Origin: Candidatus Onthovivens sp. | GTDB lineage: Bacteria; Bacillota_I; Bacilli_A; RFN20; CAG-826 | NCBI GenBank assembly: GCA_036746835.1 | Contig: DAIODM010000001.1 | Location: 64,281-128,280, forward strand | Length of the DNA stretch: 64,000 bases | Reading direction: 5' to 3' | In this document: piece after piece, positions 37,390 through 48,070 of the stretch | How the letters are laid out: each line of letters begins with the position of its first letter | Numbering within the stretch: the first letter of the stretch is position 1 | Translations under genes and position numbers: made by a program | The notes under the pieces: model-generated | What the model saw: only the letters and a program-made list of their open reading frames with translations | What the model was told of the DNA's origin: nothing | Databases searched by the model: none

Positions 37390-40043
37390 TCGCCCATATC
37401 ATCAAAAATAGAAATTTGTTCGTAATTATCGCCTTTTTTATCATCATCGGTAGTCTTGGATTCATCTTTTTTTGTTGGTTCAGATGTTTTGGTCTCACTA
37501 ACTAAATCACCTGAATTTCCACCATTATTTCCACCATCTCCAGGATTACTACTACCTTTTTCTTCAACAAAATTATCATCGATTAAATCACAATTATTCT
37601 CATAAATTGATTTAATTTTAGCATTGCTATTAAGTTCCATATTTGCTTTGCAATATTTATCAACTGGAGTTAAATAGAAATCATTTAAAGAATATTGAAT
37701 AACAGAATTATCATCCATTAAACAATAAAGAATTAATGGTTGATCTTTAGAATAAATCTTTTGAGCATAGACTAATAAATGCAAATCACTCTTAAAAGAT
37801 TTAAACGCAAATTGGGTACGACCTAATCTTTCAGTAAGCTCTGCATTCGAATTATCATAAATTCGATACATTTTATTATCAGTTACGAATAATAGTTTAT
37901 TCTTTTCCTCGCTTCTGAAGCCAAAAACAGCTTTAACTTGAGAATTCTTTAAAGTTGAAATAGCTTTAACGCCACTTGTCTTTAAGCCCGTACATGAAAT
38001 TTGATTTTCGTTAAAATAAGTAATATTTCCTTTTTCAGTTACTACTAAAATATTACTATTTCCACTTAAAACACAAATATCAGCGACTTCATCATCTTTT
38101 CCAAGTCGCATACAGGTAATTGGTTTAGAGTATCTAGAAGCTTCAAAATCTTTAAGAAGAGATTTCTTTATTTGACCATTTTTAGAAACCAAACAAATAT
38201 TTGCTTTCTTTTCAAAATCGCGAATAATAATAGCTTTTAAAATATATTCATCAAATGGAAGAGTTGTTATGTAATTAACATGTTTCCCTTGATCTTTATA
38301 CTTACCTTCTTCAATATCGCAAACTGGAATAAATAAATAATTGCCTTTATTAGTAAAAGCTAAGATATAATCCATAGTATTGCATAAAGCAGACATTATA
38401 AATTTATCACCTTCCTTAATGGTTGGAAGTTGATTATTACTAGCATCATGTGATTTTACTGATGAACGATTAATATAGCCATCCATCGATAAAGTAACAT
38501 AACAATCTTCTTTAATAATTAATGCACGTTTATCAATTACAATTCTTGTATCATAATCTTCAACAATCTTTGTTCGTCTAGCAACTGCGAATTTTTTAGA
38601 TATATCTTTAAGATCATCAACAATAATATGTTTAACTTTAATCGGACTTGCTAATGTTTCCTTTAAATCAGCAATTGTAGCATCTAAGGCGTTCTTTTCG
38701 TCAATATAGGTAGTAACATCAGTATTGCTTAATCTATAAAGTCTCATCATTACAATCGCTTCTGCTTGAGCATCACTAAAATTAAACTTAGACATTAAGT
38801 TTTTCTTAGAATCATCTTTATCCTTACTGTTTCTAATAATTTGCACAACTTCATTAACAATAGAAACAGCTTTAATAAGACCTTCTACAATATGTAATCT
38901 ATCTTCAGCTTTCGCCAAGTCAAATTTACTTCTCTTTACAATAATATCTTCTTGGAACGAAATAAAATCATCTAAATAGTCGATTAATGGTAGTATTCTA
39001 GGAGAATTATTGGAGATTGCTACTATGTTTGCATTATAGGAAATCTTAAGTTGGGTCCTGCTTAAAAGGTATTTGAGAACTACTTCAGGGTCAATCTCTT
39101 TTTTAAGATTTACAACAACCTTAACTACATCTCCTGCTGTTTCATCAATAACATCAATAATGCCATCAATTTCACGAGATTTTCTAATTTTATCAATATT
39201 ATAAACAAGATCAATTTTTACGACACCAAAAGGAATATTATGAATAATCAACTTATTCATATCTTTTTCGCTTGTATCAATTTCCACATCTCCAGCTAAA
39301 TCAATTTTACCCCTGCCAGTCTCATAAATTTCCTTAAGTCCGCTTGAAGCGTAAATAACTCCACCAGTTGGAAAATCAGGACCTTTAACAATTTGCATTA
39401 AATCATCTAATGAACAATTTGGATGATTAATACGATGAATTGTCGCTTCACACATTTCACCTAAATTGTGAGGTGGTATTTCAGTTGCAATTGCAAAAGC
39501 AATACCGCTTCCACCATTAACAAATAAGTTTGGAAAACGAACAGGTAAAACGCTTGGCTCAAAAAGAGTATCATCAAAATTAAGCGTCATATCGACTGTT
39601 TCTTTATCTATATCTTCAATTAAATAATTTGAAAATTCGTTTAGCTTAGCTTCTGTGTAACGATAAGCCGCGGCAGGATCATTATCGATTGAACCATTAT
39701 TACCTTGGAATTTAATTAAAGGCATCGACATTTTCCAGTCTTGCGACATTCTTACAAGTGCATCATAAATTGATGAATCACCATGAGGGTGATATTTGCC
39801 CATAACATCACCAACAATACCTGCGCATTTTCTAGTTGGTTTATCAAAAGTATTATTTGCACGATACATTGCGTAAATAATACGACGTTGAACTGGTTTT
39901 AAACCATCTCTAACATCAGGAATAGCACGATCTTGAATAACATCTTTAGCATAAAGAGCACTACGAGTGTCCATTACGGAATCCATAGGCTCTATCGTTA
40001 TATTCTCAACATAAGAAGGTTCATCTTTATTCTTTTTAGCCAT
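37386..40043 (-). CDS. parC: DNA topoisomerase IV subunit A
   Basis: GyrA/ParC N-terminal domain with the active-site Tyr context (AAAYRYTEAKL). I see no GyrA-box (QRRGGKG-type) in the C-terminal domain. The plsY-parE-parC synteny matches Bacillus. Confidence 0.85.
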   Translation of the reverse strand: MAKKNKDEPSYVENITIEPMDSVMDTRSALYAKDVIQDRAIPDVRDGLKPVQRRIIYAMYRANNTFDKPTRKCAGIVGDVMGKYHPHGDSSIYDALVRMSQDWKMSMPLIKFQGNNGSIDNDPAAAYRYTEAKLNEFSNYLIEDIDKETVDMTLNFDDTLFEPSVLPVRFPNLFVNGGSGIAFAIATEIPPHNLGEMCEATIHRINHPNCSLDDLMQIVKGPDFPTGGVIYASSGLKEIYETGRGKIDLAGDVEIDTSEKDMNKLIIHNIPFGVVKIDLVYNIDKIRKSREIDGIIDVIDETAGDVVKVVVNLKKEIDPEVVLKYLLSRTQLKISYNANIVAISNNSPRILPLIDYLDDFISFQEDIIVKRSKFDLAKAEDRLHIVEGLIKAVSIVNEVVQIIRNSKDKDDSKKNLMSKFNFSDAQAEAIVMMRLYRLSNTDVTTYIDEKNALDATIADLKETLASPIKVKHIIVDDLKDISKKFAVARRTKIVEDYDTRIVIDKRALIIKEDCYVTLSMDGYINRSSVKSHDASNNQLPTIKEGDKFIMSALCNTMDYILAFTNKGNYLFIPVCDIEEGKYKDQGKHVNYITTLPFDEYILKAIIIRDFEKKANICLVSKNGQIKKSLLKDFEASRYSKPITCMRLGKDDEVADICVLSGNSNILVVTEKGNITYFNENQISCTGLKTSGVKAISTLKNSQVKAVFGFRSEEKNKLLFVTDNKMYRIYDNSNAELTERLGRTQFAFKSFKSDLHLLVYAQKIYSKDQPLILYCLMDDNSVIQYSLNDFYLTPVDKYCKANMELNSNAKIKSIYENNCDLIDDNFVEEKGSSNPGDGGNNGGNSGDLVSETKTSEPTKKDESKTTDDDKKGDNYEQISIFDDMGD

Positions 40044-41983
40044 TATTTTTTAACCTCCTTAATAAAAGTATCTATCTCGTTGAAATTAATATTTTCAACA
40101 ATCCATTCTTTACGTAAATCTGCATCGTTACCCATCAAAACATTGACTTTCTTTTCAACAAGTAAAGGATCCTCAATCGAGACTCTTAACAATTCACGAT
40201 GTTCAGGATTCATAGTTGTATAACTTAATTGATCAGCATTCATTTCACCAAGACCTTTATATCGGTTAATCTTATAGCCGGCACCAATTTCATTCTTGGC
40301 AGCCTCTAATTCTTTATCTTGCCATACATATTTTTCATTAATTTTTCCTTTATTATCTGTCTTATAAACACGATATAAAGGTGGAATTGCTACATAAACC
40401 ATTCCATTAGTAATTAATGTCTTCATATATAAATAAAAGAATGTAAGCAATAATGTTTGAATGTGCGCACCATCAGTATCGGCATCAGTCATAATAATAA
40501 TTTTTCCATAATGACTGTCTTCTACATCAAATGATTGACCGAAACCAGCACCAATTGTATTGATAATAGTCGAAATTTCTTCATTTTTTAATATTTTATC
40601 AATTGAAAGACCATAAGTATTTAATGGTTTTCCTCTTAAAGGTAAAATAGCTTGATATTGTGGGAATCTACCCTTTTTAGCACTACCACCTGCTGAATCA
40701 CCTTCGACAATAAAAAGCTCATTCTTTTTATAATCTTTTCCTTGAGCAGGAGTAAGTTTATCACTAACAAGGACAGCTTCTTTTAATTTTTTAGTTGATC
40801 TCGCATCACTTTTAGCTTTTCTTGCGGCTAATCTAGCTCTTTGGCTATTAAAGCATTTATCAATAAAATCAACAGCGAAATCTTTATTTTCATTTAAATA
40901 ATAAGTAAATTTTGTTGAAACTAAATTAGAAACAGCGCTTAATGCTTGTTGAGTTCCTAATTTTTCTTTTGTTTGTCCTTCAAATTCAAGAATAGACTCT
41001 GGTAATCTTAAAGAAATAATTGCGGTTAATCCCTCACGAATATCGGTACCATCGAGTTTTTCTTTTGTTTTTGATAACTCATTATTCTCAATAAAATCAT
41101 TTACAGCTTTAGTTAAACCCATTCTAAAACCAGATTCATGTGTTCCACCATCGCGTGTACGAACGTTATTTACATAACTTAGAATATTTTCTTCATAATC
41201 TTCTTTGCAATATTGCATCGCAATTTCAATACGAATTCCATCAACTGTATCTTCAAAATCGATTGCATTATCGAGTTTTTGTTTATTTTGATTTAAAACA
41301 TCAATATATTCTCTTAAACCATTTTCATAATAAAACTCTTCTTCTTTTTTAGCACGTTCATCAATTAAATAAAAATGAACCTTTTTTAATAAAAAAGCTT
41401 CTTCTTGCAAGTGATTTGCTATAGTATCCCACTTAAAATCCACAGTTGAAAATATAGCTGGATCTGGCTTAAAAGTTACAGTAGTTCCATGTTTTAAGGT
41501 TTTTCCTAAAACTTCGAGTTTAACCTTTGTTTTTCCACCATTTTCAAATCTAATATGGTTAATTTGACCATCAGTAAAAACAGTTACATCACAAAATAAA
41601 CTAAGAGCATTTGTAACTGAACTTCCAACACCATGAAGACCAGCGCTTGATTTATACGAATTATCATTAAACTTCGCACCACTATGTAAAGTAGTAAAAA
41701 TCAATTCTACAGCAGGTAAACCAGTTTGCTTATTAATTCCACAAGGAATTCCACGTCCTTCATCTTGAACGGTTAAAGAACCATCTTTATGAATAGTAAC
41801 AGTAATTTTATCACCAAAACCATTTAGTGCTTCATCAACAGCATTATCAACAATTTCCCAAACTAAATGATGCAAACCAAAAGAATTGGTGCTTCCAATA
41901 TACATTGCAGGTCTTTTTCTAACACCTTCTAAACCCGTTAAAAGTTCGATACTATTCGCATTATATTCATTTTTCTCTGACAT
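40043..41983 (-). CDS. parE: DNA topoisomerase IV subunit B
   Basis: GHKL ATPase (GLHHLVWEIVDNAVDE), TOPRIM (EGDSAGGSAK) and PLRGK. It is adjacent to parC. Confidence 0.9.
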   Translation of the reverse strand: MSEKNEYNANSIELLTGLEGVRKRPAMYIGSTNSFGLHHLVWEIVDNAVDEALNGFGDKITVTIHKDGSLTVQDEGRGIPCGINKQTGLPAVELIFTTLHSGAKFNDNSYKSSAGLHGVGSSVTNALSLFCDVTVFTDGQINHIRFENGGKTKVKLEVLGKTLKHGTTVTFKPDPAIFSTVDFKWDTIANHLQEEAFLLKKVHFYLIDERAKKEEEFYYENGLREYIDVLNQNKQKLDNAIDFEDTVDGIRIEIAMQYCKEDYEENILSYVNNVRTRDGGTHESGFRMGLTKAVNDFIENNELSKTKEKLDGTDIREGLTAIISLRLPESILEFEGQTKEKLGTQQALSAVSNLVSTKFTYYLNENKDFAVDFIDKCFNSQRARLAARKAKSDARSTKKLKEAVLVSDKLTPAQGKDYKKNELFIVEGDSAGGSAKKGRFPQYQAILPLRGKPLNTYGLSIDKILKNEEISTIINTIGAGFGQSFDVEDSHYGKIIIMTDADTDGAHIQTLLLTFFYLYMKTLITNGMVYVAIPPLYRVYKTDNKGKINEKYVWQDKELEAAKNEIGAGYKINRYKGLGEMNADQLSYTTMNPEHRELLRVSIEDPLLVEKKVNVLMGNDADLRKEWIVENINFNEIDTFIKEVKK

Positions 41984-42071
41984 TATTTTTTCTTTTCACC
42001 ACTTTGTAAATTATACAGTAAAAAGCCATTAATTTCTAGATTTAATATACCAATTATACTAAAATAATCTC

Positions 42072-42821
42072 ATGAAAATATTTTATGTTATTTTAATTAT
42101 TATTTGCTCTAGTTTAATTGGCTATTTATTTGGTTCAATTCCTAACGCAGTTTTAATTGGAAAATTATTTTTCCACAAAGACCCAAGAGATGTCGGAAGT
42201 AAAAATCCAGGTGGAACAAATGTTGGTAGAAGCTTCGGTATAATCCCAGGAATTTGTGTAATTCTGTTAGATGCATTAAAAATAATTGTTCCATTTTTAT
42301 TAACGTACTTTTTATTCACTAGAGTTTCTACATTTAAAGAAATACTAGATTATAGCGATGAAATCAATGCTTTTGGAAAAGGCAATACAATTGATCAATT
42401 AGCTTATTATATTACCCCACTTTTCGGAATTATTGGTCATTGTTATAGTGTCTTTATCAAATTTGCTGGAGGAAAAGCTGTTAGTTCATATATGGGATTT
42501 TGTGTTGGACTTTCTTGGATGGCGGCGCCAATCTTCGCAATTTCTTTCTTTACAACAATAAAGATTGATAAACATGTAAGTACAGCTTCTTTAGTTTCTA
42601 CAGCCGTTTTTACTTTAATTTCTTGGATTATATATATCTTATATATTGTGTTTGGACCAAGTATAACAAACTACATGATGTATTTTGGTTTAGGACCAGA
42701 TGTTTGTATTTATTTCCCAATAATCACGACAATAGGATTCCTTATTATTATCTATAGACATAGACAAAACCTTAAAAAATTAAAAGAAGGTAAAGAGAAT
42801 GTTGCCTTCTGGTTAAAATAA
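42072..42821 (+). CDS. plsY: Glycerol-3-phosphate acyltransferase PlsY
   Basis: GSIPNA, GSKNPGGTNVGR and GGKAV motifs in a multi-TM protein. Confidence 0.9.
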   Translation: MKIFYVILIIICSSLIGYLFGSIPNAVLIGKLFFHKDPRDVGSKNPGGTNVGRSFGIIPGICVILLDALKIIVPFLLTYFLFTRVSTFKEILDYSDEINAFGKGNTIDQLAYYITPLFGIIGHCYSVFIKFAGGKAVSSYMGFCVGLSWMAAPIFAISFFTTIKIDKHVSTASLVSTAVFTLISWIIYILYIVFGPSITNYMMYFGLGPDVCIYFPIITTIGFLIIIYRHRQNLKKLKEGKENVAFWLK

Positions 42822-42960
42822 CTTTCCAATTGTTTGTTAGTAGATATCTAGTAGTTTATTAGTAATGTGTAAAACTCTAAAAATTAATCCACAATTTAAA
42901 ATTAATTCGATGGTTATCAACTTTTTAATTGACATTTTTCATATCATAATAATGAAACAT

Positions 42961-42992
42961 AAAAAAGGTAGTGCTTCTTGCACTACCTTTTA
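42961..42992. terminator. Bidirectional rho-independent terminator (plsY / yneF-efp convergent)
   Basis: ggtagtgc (42967-42974) pairs with gcactacc (42980-42987) around a 5-nt loop. It is flanked by an A run on the left and a T run on the right. Confidence 0.7.
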
Positions 42993-43006
42993 AAATTTGT
43001 TTTTAT

Positions 43007-43231
43007 CTACTTATTTTGACTATTAACGTTATTCATTACAGCTCTAATTTGTGCTTCACTTGGCTTACGACCCATCTGCATAAACATGGCTCTAATCATC
43101 TTCTCGTTAATTGGAGGATTCTTTTGAAGTTCTCTCTTAAAGAAATATCTTGCTCCAAAGAAACCAGCAACCGCACCACCCAATAAAGCTAAAACTAGAT
43201 AAATAACAAATGCCCACACTTCAATGGTCAT
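43007..43231 (-). CDS. yneF: UPF0154 (YneF) small membrane protein
   Basis: Close to Bacillus YneF: one TM helix, then KKNPPINEKMIRAMFMQMGRKPSE. Confidence 0.85.
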   Translation of the reverse strand: MTIEVWAFVIYLVLALLGGAVAGFFGARYFFKRELQKNPPINEKMIRAMFMQMGRKPSEAQIRAVMNNVNSQNK

Positions 43232-43233
43232 AG

Positions 43234-43797
43234 TTAAATACCTGTAGATCTTCCATCGTAATCGCCATTATCAGTACGAACTTGAACACTATCGCCTTCG
43301 TTAATGAATAATGGAACACGAATCTTCCATCCAGTTTCAAGAGTAGCATCTTTCATGGCTTTGTTAACAGTATCGCCACGAACAGCTGGCTCACAATGAG
43401 TAATAGTTAAATCTACTTTAGCAGGTAAATTAATACCTAAAATCTCGCCTTCATAGCTAACAATTTCAATTTCTTGGTTAGCTTTAAGGAAATTTAATTC
43501 CCATTCAAGTCTTGCTTTTTCAACATTAACTTGTTCATAGGTTTCTTGATCCATAAAAACTAAGAAATTTCCATCATCATAAAGGTAGTTCATCTTCTTT
43601 TTGTCTAATCTAATTTGTTCAACATCATAACCACTATTTGCAGACATTTCTGTAATAGCACCGGTTCTAACATCTTTGACCTTGAGTTTTGCAACCATTT
43701 TTCTCATTGCTGTCTTATTTAATAAGATATCAATAACAAGTAAAATTTTGTTATTATCAATGAAATAGTTACCTGGTCTTAATTCTGTAACGTTCAT
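43234..43797 (-). CDS. efp: Translation elongation factor P
   Basis: Full-length EF-P (LRPGNYF...KPAVRGDT...) of 187 aa. Confidence 0.95.
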   Translation of the reverse strand: MNVTELRPGNYFIDNNKILLVIDILLNKTAMRKMVAKLKVKDVRTGAITEMSANSGYDVEQIRLDKKKMNYLYDDGNFLVFMDQETYEQVNVEKARLEWELNFLKANQEIEIVSYEGEILGINLPAKVDLTITHCEPAVRGDTVNKAMKDATLETGWKIRVPLFINEGDSVQVRTDNGDYDGRSTGI

Positions 43798-43808
43798 ATT
43801 TTTTCCTC

Positions 43809-44447
43809 CTATTTAAGATAAATATTTTCTTTTAACTCTTTTTCAAGCGTAGAATCATCTCCATGACCTAAATAGATATGTAAGCTTGGATCGAGTTTTT
43901 TTATTTTTTCAAGAGACTGCATTTGCATTCTCTTTGCACTATGTGGGAGATCACTTCTTCCAATATTGCCTTTAAAAATTGTATCCCCAGTGAATAGTGC
44001 TTTTTCTTGTTTATATAAGAAACAAACACTACCTATCGTATGGAATGGAGTTTCAATTACTTCAAATACAAGATTGTTTGAAAATTTTAGCTCATCACCA
44101 TCTTCGATTCTATATGGCTCAACATTTACAATTCCATCGCTACCATCCATACTTTTTGAACCATTAAGATGAGAATTAATCAGCATTTCATCATCTAGTT
44201 CATCAATAAAAACAGTCGTATTTGGAAATTCATCTAAGAAATCAGGAATACCACGGATGTGGTCCCAATGACCATGAGTTAATAGAATTCCACTGCAAGT
44301 ACTATGATTTGCTTTTATATATTCGATGACACGTTTTGTAGTAGATCCAAGATCAATAACAACGCAAGGACCACCTTTTTCACCAACGACATAGGAATTT
44401 GCAGAGAATTCATCTACATCATTTTCATATCTAAAAGTCTTAATCAT
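43809..44447 (-). CDS. Metallo-beta-lactamase fold hydrolase (YqgX-like)
   Basis: THGHWDH metal-binding motif in a 212-aa protein. Confidence 0.8.
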   Translation of the reverse strand: MIKTFRYENDVDEFSANSYVVGEKGGPCVVIDLGSTTKRVIEYIKANHSTCSGILLTHGHWDHIRGIPDFLDEFPNTTVFIDELDDEMLINSHLNGSKSMDGSDGIVNVEPYRIEDGDELKFSNNLVFEVIETPFHTIGSVCFLYKQEKALFTGDTIFKGNIGRSDLPHSAKRMQMQSLEKIKKLDPSLHIYLGHGDDSTLEKELKENIYLK

Positions 44448-44456
44448 TACTTAGGA

Positions 44457-44609
44457 CTACTTCTTTTCCTTATGAAGAGTCATCTTCTTACATTTTGGAC
44501 AATACTTCATCTTTTCGATTTTATCAGGATTGTTCTTTTTGTTCTTCTCATCAATGTAGTTTTCCTCACCACAAACGGAACACTTTAAAATAAAACTATC
44601 TCTTGCCAT
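44457..44609 (-). CDS. rpmG: 50S ribosomal protein L33 (not in the supplied ORF track, 50 aa)
   Basis: My translation is [50 protein letters not shown]. It has the CxxC...CxxC zinc ribbon typical of L33. Confidence 0.9.
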   Translation of the reverse strand: MARDSFILKCSVCGEENYIDEKNKKNNPDKIEKMKYCPKCKKMTLHKEKK

Positions 44610-44700
44610 ATAAAAAATTCCTTTCTTATGCGTATAGAATATATCATAAATAAAGGGAAAAATCTATAATTTATTATCGCTTTAAGATATAATCTTAAAT

Positions 44701-45747
44701 ATGATAAATCGAGAACAAACCCGTATAGTTCAAAATAACGCACTTCTTTTTGGACATTCAAGCAATATACTCATTCAATCAATGTGCGATATTAAAACCA
44801 GCAACACAAAAGAAATAATTAAAGAAATAAACGCTTGTGCTAAAGCTGGAGCAAATTTAATGAGGGTTAGTGTTTTAGATGAAGATGATGCAAAAGCAAT
44901 TAAAATAATTAAAAAATCAATTAAAATACCACTAGTTGCGGATATTCATTTCAATTATAAATTAGCACTTTTAGCTATGGAAAATGGTGTTGATAAAATT
45001 CGAATAAATCCAGGAAATATAACTAACACTGATGAATTAAAAGAAATAATTGAATGTGCTAAAAAATATGATGTAATCATAAGAATTGGCGTAAATTCCG
45101 GCTCACTACCAAAAGATATTGAAGGAAAAACTGAAGAAGAAAAAATAGTTAATTCAGCTTTAAGATATATTGATTTTTTTGAGAAAAACAACTTCTACAA
45201 ACTAGTAATCAGTTTAAAATCTAGCAATCCAATAACAACATATAAAGCTTATATGATGTTTTCCTCATTATCAGATTATCCTACACACATTGGTGTAACC
45301 GAATCTGGTTTTGATGATATTGGAATTATACGTAGTGTTGCTGGACTTGCTCCACTTTTAATAAATGGAATTGGTAACACTATTCGAATTTCTTTGACAA
45401 AAAATCCTTTAAAAGAAATTGTAACTTGCAAAAGACTTTTACATGATTTAGGTTTATTTAAAAACTACCCTACAATCATCTCTTGTCCAACATGCGGAAG
45501 ATGCAAAGTTGATAATACAAAAGAATTAGCTGAAAAAACTCTAAAATATTGTATTAAAAAAAGAAAATATATTACAGTTGCCATTATGGGTTGTGTTGTT
45601 AATGGCATTGGAGAAGGAAAAAATGCCGATATTGGTTTAGCTGGCGGTAATGGATTTTTTGTGATATTTAAAAATGGCCAAAAAATTAAAACTGTTGATC
45701 AAAACAATGCATTAAGCGAATTATTTAAAGAAATTGATAGTATTTAA
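44701..45747 (+). CDS. ispG: 4-hydroxy-3-methylbut-2-enyl diphosphate synthase (MEP pathway)
   Basis: TIM-barrel N-terminus (VADIHF, IRINPGN) and the Fe-S motif SCPTCGRC...MGCVVNG. Confidence 0.9.
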   Translation: MINREQTRIVQNNALLFGHSSNILIQSMCDIKTSNTKEIIKEINACAKAGANLMRVSVLDEDDAKAIKIIKKSIKIPLVADIHFNYKLALLAMENGVDKIRINPGNITNTDELKEIIECAKKYDVIIRIGVNSGSLPKDIEGKTEEEKIVNSALRYIDFFEKNNFYKLVISLKSSNPITTYKAYMMFSSLSDYPTHIGVTESGFDDIGIIRSVAGLAPLLINGIGNTIRISLTKNPLKEIVTCKRLLHDLGLFKNYPTIISCPTCGRCKVDNTKELAEKTLKYCIKKRKYITVAIMGCVVNGIGEGKNADIGLAGGNGFFVIFKNGQKIKTVDQNNALSELFKEIDSI

Positions 45748-46650
45748 TTAAATTAATTTTTCTGCGAGTATTTTTTCTTTAAGTCTATCATCAAATTTCT
45801 TTGATTTAATCATTTCTATTTCCATTTTATAAGGTGGATAACCATCAATATAAGGAGTTTCCAAAATTTTTGGGACGTCTTTTAAACGAGGATCAAAAAC
45901 GTATTTAATTAAAGTTTCAAAGCCTATTTCACCAAAACCAATATTTTCATGTCTATCTTTATGTGAACCCTTAATATTTTTACTATCATTTAAATGAATA
46001 ACTTTTAAACGATTTAAGCCAATGATTTTGTCAAATTCACTAATAATTTTATCTTCATCATTAACATCATATCCACCATCATTTATATGACAGGTGTCAA
46101 GACATACACCAAGACGATTACTATATTTACAATTTTTAATAATATAAGCGATTTGTTCGAACGTTTTTCCTAATTCACTGCCTTTTCCTGCCATTGTTTC
46201 AAGAGCAATAACAACATCAGAATTATCATTAGAAAAAACTTCATCTAATCCATGAACAATTTGATTTAATGACTCAGTTTCATCTCCACCAACCGATGAG
46301 CCTGGATGTAAAACTAAGGTTTTTACTCCAAAAGCAGCTGTTCGTTTTAGTTCACTACTTAAAACGCTAACAGCAAAATCAAATTTGCTATTATCTAGAG
46401 TATTGCCAATATTAATAATATATGGAGCATGAACAACAACCTTAGTTAAATCGATATTACTTTGTTTTAATAAATCCAATCCTTCAGGAATTTTACATTT
46501 TTCTAAAGGAACTCTTACACTATTTTGAGGAGCACCTGTATAAAACATAAAGGTATTCTCTCCATACCTAATCGCAGTATTGACAGTATCAACAAAATAA
46601 TTAGGACCACCTAAACTAATATGTGATCCTAAATAAATTTCGCTATTCAT
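45748..46650 (-). CDS. nfo: Endonuclease IV
   Basis: HAPYIINIG, LHPGS, ETMAGKG, DTCH and HLNDS metal-binding motifs. Confidence 0.92.
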   Translation of the reverse strand: MNSEIYLGSHISLGGPNYFVDTVNTAIRYGENTFMFYTGAPQNSVRVPLEKCKIPEGLDLLKQSNIDLTKVVVHAPYIINIGNTLDNSKFDFAVSVLSSELKRTAAFGVKTLVLHPGSSVGGDETESLNQIVHGLDEVFSNDNSDVVIALETMAGKGSELGKTFEQIAYIIKNCKYSNRLGVCLDTCHINDGGYDVNDEDKIISEFDKIIGLNRLKVIHLNDSKNIKGSHKDRHENIGFGEIGFETLIKYVFDPRLKDVPKILETPYIDGYPPYKMEIEMIKSKKFDDRLKEKILAEKLI

Positions 46651-48004
46651 CGTAATCTTTTCGGCCTTCTGCTCGATATCTTTCGGTCATTTGTCTACGG
46701 ATATCTTTTTTAATAATTTTACGTTTATGTTGTTTTCTTACTTTTTCAACAGCAAGTCTTATCTTGCGTTTATAGCCAGGTTTAACACCTTTGCTTCTCG
46801 CTTCATAAGCGGCTTTTTTGATATCTCTTTCGAGTTCTTCATTAACCTTTTTCTTACGATGTAAGGCTTCTTTTTCAATTGGTTTATCTGGAATTAATTC
46901 AGTATCGCCAAATTTTAAATATTCAAATTTAACTCCATCTTCAAGCAATTTCGAAACATTCTTTAAATGATCTAAATCGTAAAGAATATAGGAATTACCA
47001 GATTTATAATTTCTTCCTGAACGACCAGCTCTATGATAATAGTATTCAATATTATTAGGTAAATCAGTAGATAAAACATCCGTTACATTTTGAATATCTA
47101 AACCACGGCTTGCTATATCTGTACAAACTATAATTTGAAATTCATCGTTCTTAATACGACGTAACATTGATTTTCTTTCACGAGGTTGTAATTCACCACT
47201 AATAATTCCACATTTGTACTTGCAACCATTTAAGAATTTATACATCTCCATTGTTTCATCTTGAGAATTTGTAAAAATCATTAATAAATATGGATTTTTA
47301 AATTTAATAAATTTATGCACACATTCTTTAATATTTGCATGTCTTGTATTTAATAAAAAATGTTTTACGGTTGTTGATGTCGAGTTCTTTTCATTTAAAG
47401 TTAAAACATAATCAGGTGCTATATATTTTTTTAAGAAAGCTTCTACCTTTTTATCAATAGTAGCGCTATAAACTTCAATTTGTGGATGATTTGATTTATT
47501 AATAATTTCGTCAATATCAACCAAAAAGTCCTCATCCATGAGCATATCTGCCTCATCTAAAATAATCGTTTTAACTTCGCAAATGTTTTTATTAAAAAAT
47601 TCTTTTAAATAATTTAATCTACCAGGAGTAGCAACAACAATTTCACAACCATTTTTAATAGATTCAATATCACGATTTTGATCTTCACCACTAATAAAAA
47701 GTTTACAATTTAACTCAGTAAAATATTTCTTAAAAGGTTCGATAAAATCGTATGTTTGTCGTGCTAATTCACGAGTTGGAGAAATAATAATAGCTTGAAT
47801 TTTATTATTAAAAATTAAGTTATTAATAATTGGAACAATAAAAGCATGAGTTTTACCAGATCCAGTTTCGCTTTGAACAATAATGTTTTCGTTTTTTAAT
47901 GCTTTAGGAATAACAACATCCTGAACCGGAGTTGCATCATAATAGCCAAGTTCATTTAAAGCTTTAATCATTTCAGGTTTTAAATTAAAAGATGTAAATT
48001 TCAT
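46643..48004 (-). CDS. DEAD-box ATP-dependent RNA helicase (CshB/YqfR-like) with a basic C-terminal tail
   Basis: Q motif (ATPVQ), ETGSGKT, DEAD, SAT and HRAGRSGR. Synteny with nfo. Confidence 0.9.
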   Translation of the reverse strand: MKFTSFNLKPEMIKALNELGYYDATPVQDVVIPKALKNENIIVQSETGSGKTHAFIVPIINNLIFNNKIQAIIISPTRELARQTYDFIEPFKKYFTELNCKLFISGEDQNRDIESIKNGCEIVVATPGRLNYLKEFFNKNICEVKTIILDEADMLMDEDFLVDIDEIINKSNHPQIEVYSATIDKKVEAFLKKYIAPDYVLTLNEKNSTSTTVKHFLLNTRHANIKECVHKFIKFKNPYLLMIFTNSQDETMEMYKFLNGCKYKCGIISGELQPRERKSMLRRIKNDEFQIIVCTDIASRGLDIQNVTDVLSTDLPNNIEYYYHRAGRSGRNYKSGNSYILYDLDHLKNVSKLLEDGVKFEYLKFGDTELIPDKPIEKEALHRKKKVNEELERDIKKAAYEARSKGVKPGYKRKIRLAVEKVRKQHKRKIIKKDIRRQMTERYRAEGRKDYDE

Positions 48005-48070
48005 AATAAATATTTTACATTAATAAAATCAAAATTACACTTAAATATTATTTTCTTATATAATATATTT

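Noticed and set aside
42822-42960. A 139-bp spacer after plsY containing a TTGACA hexamer and a possible 44-aa ORF ending in the terminator. I considered a small RNA or a small protein.
   Set aside because: There is no acceptable -10 element at 16-18 nt from the TTGACA. The ORF has no RBS. I found no convincing secondary structure other than the terminator itself.
42971-43186. A 71-aa + strand ORF overlapping yneF.
   Set aside because: It starts inside the bidirectional terminator and runs antisense to the well-conserved UPF0154 gene. It is not credible as a gene.
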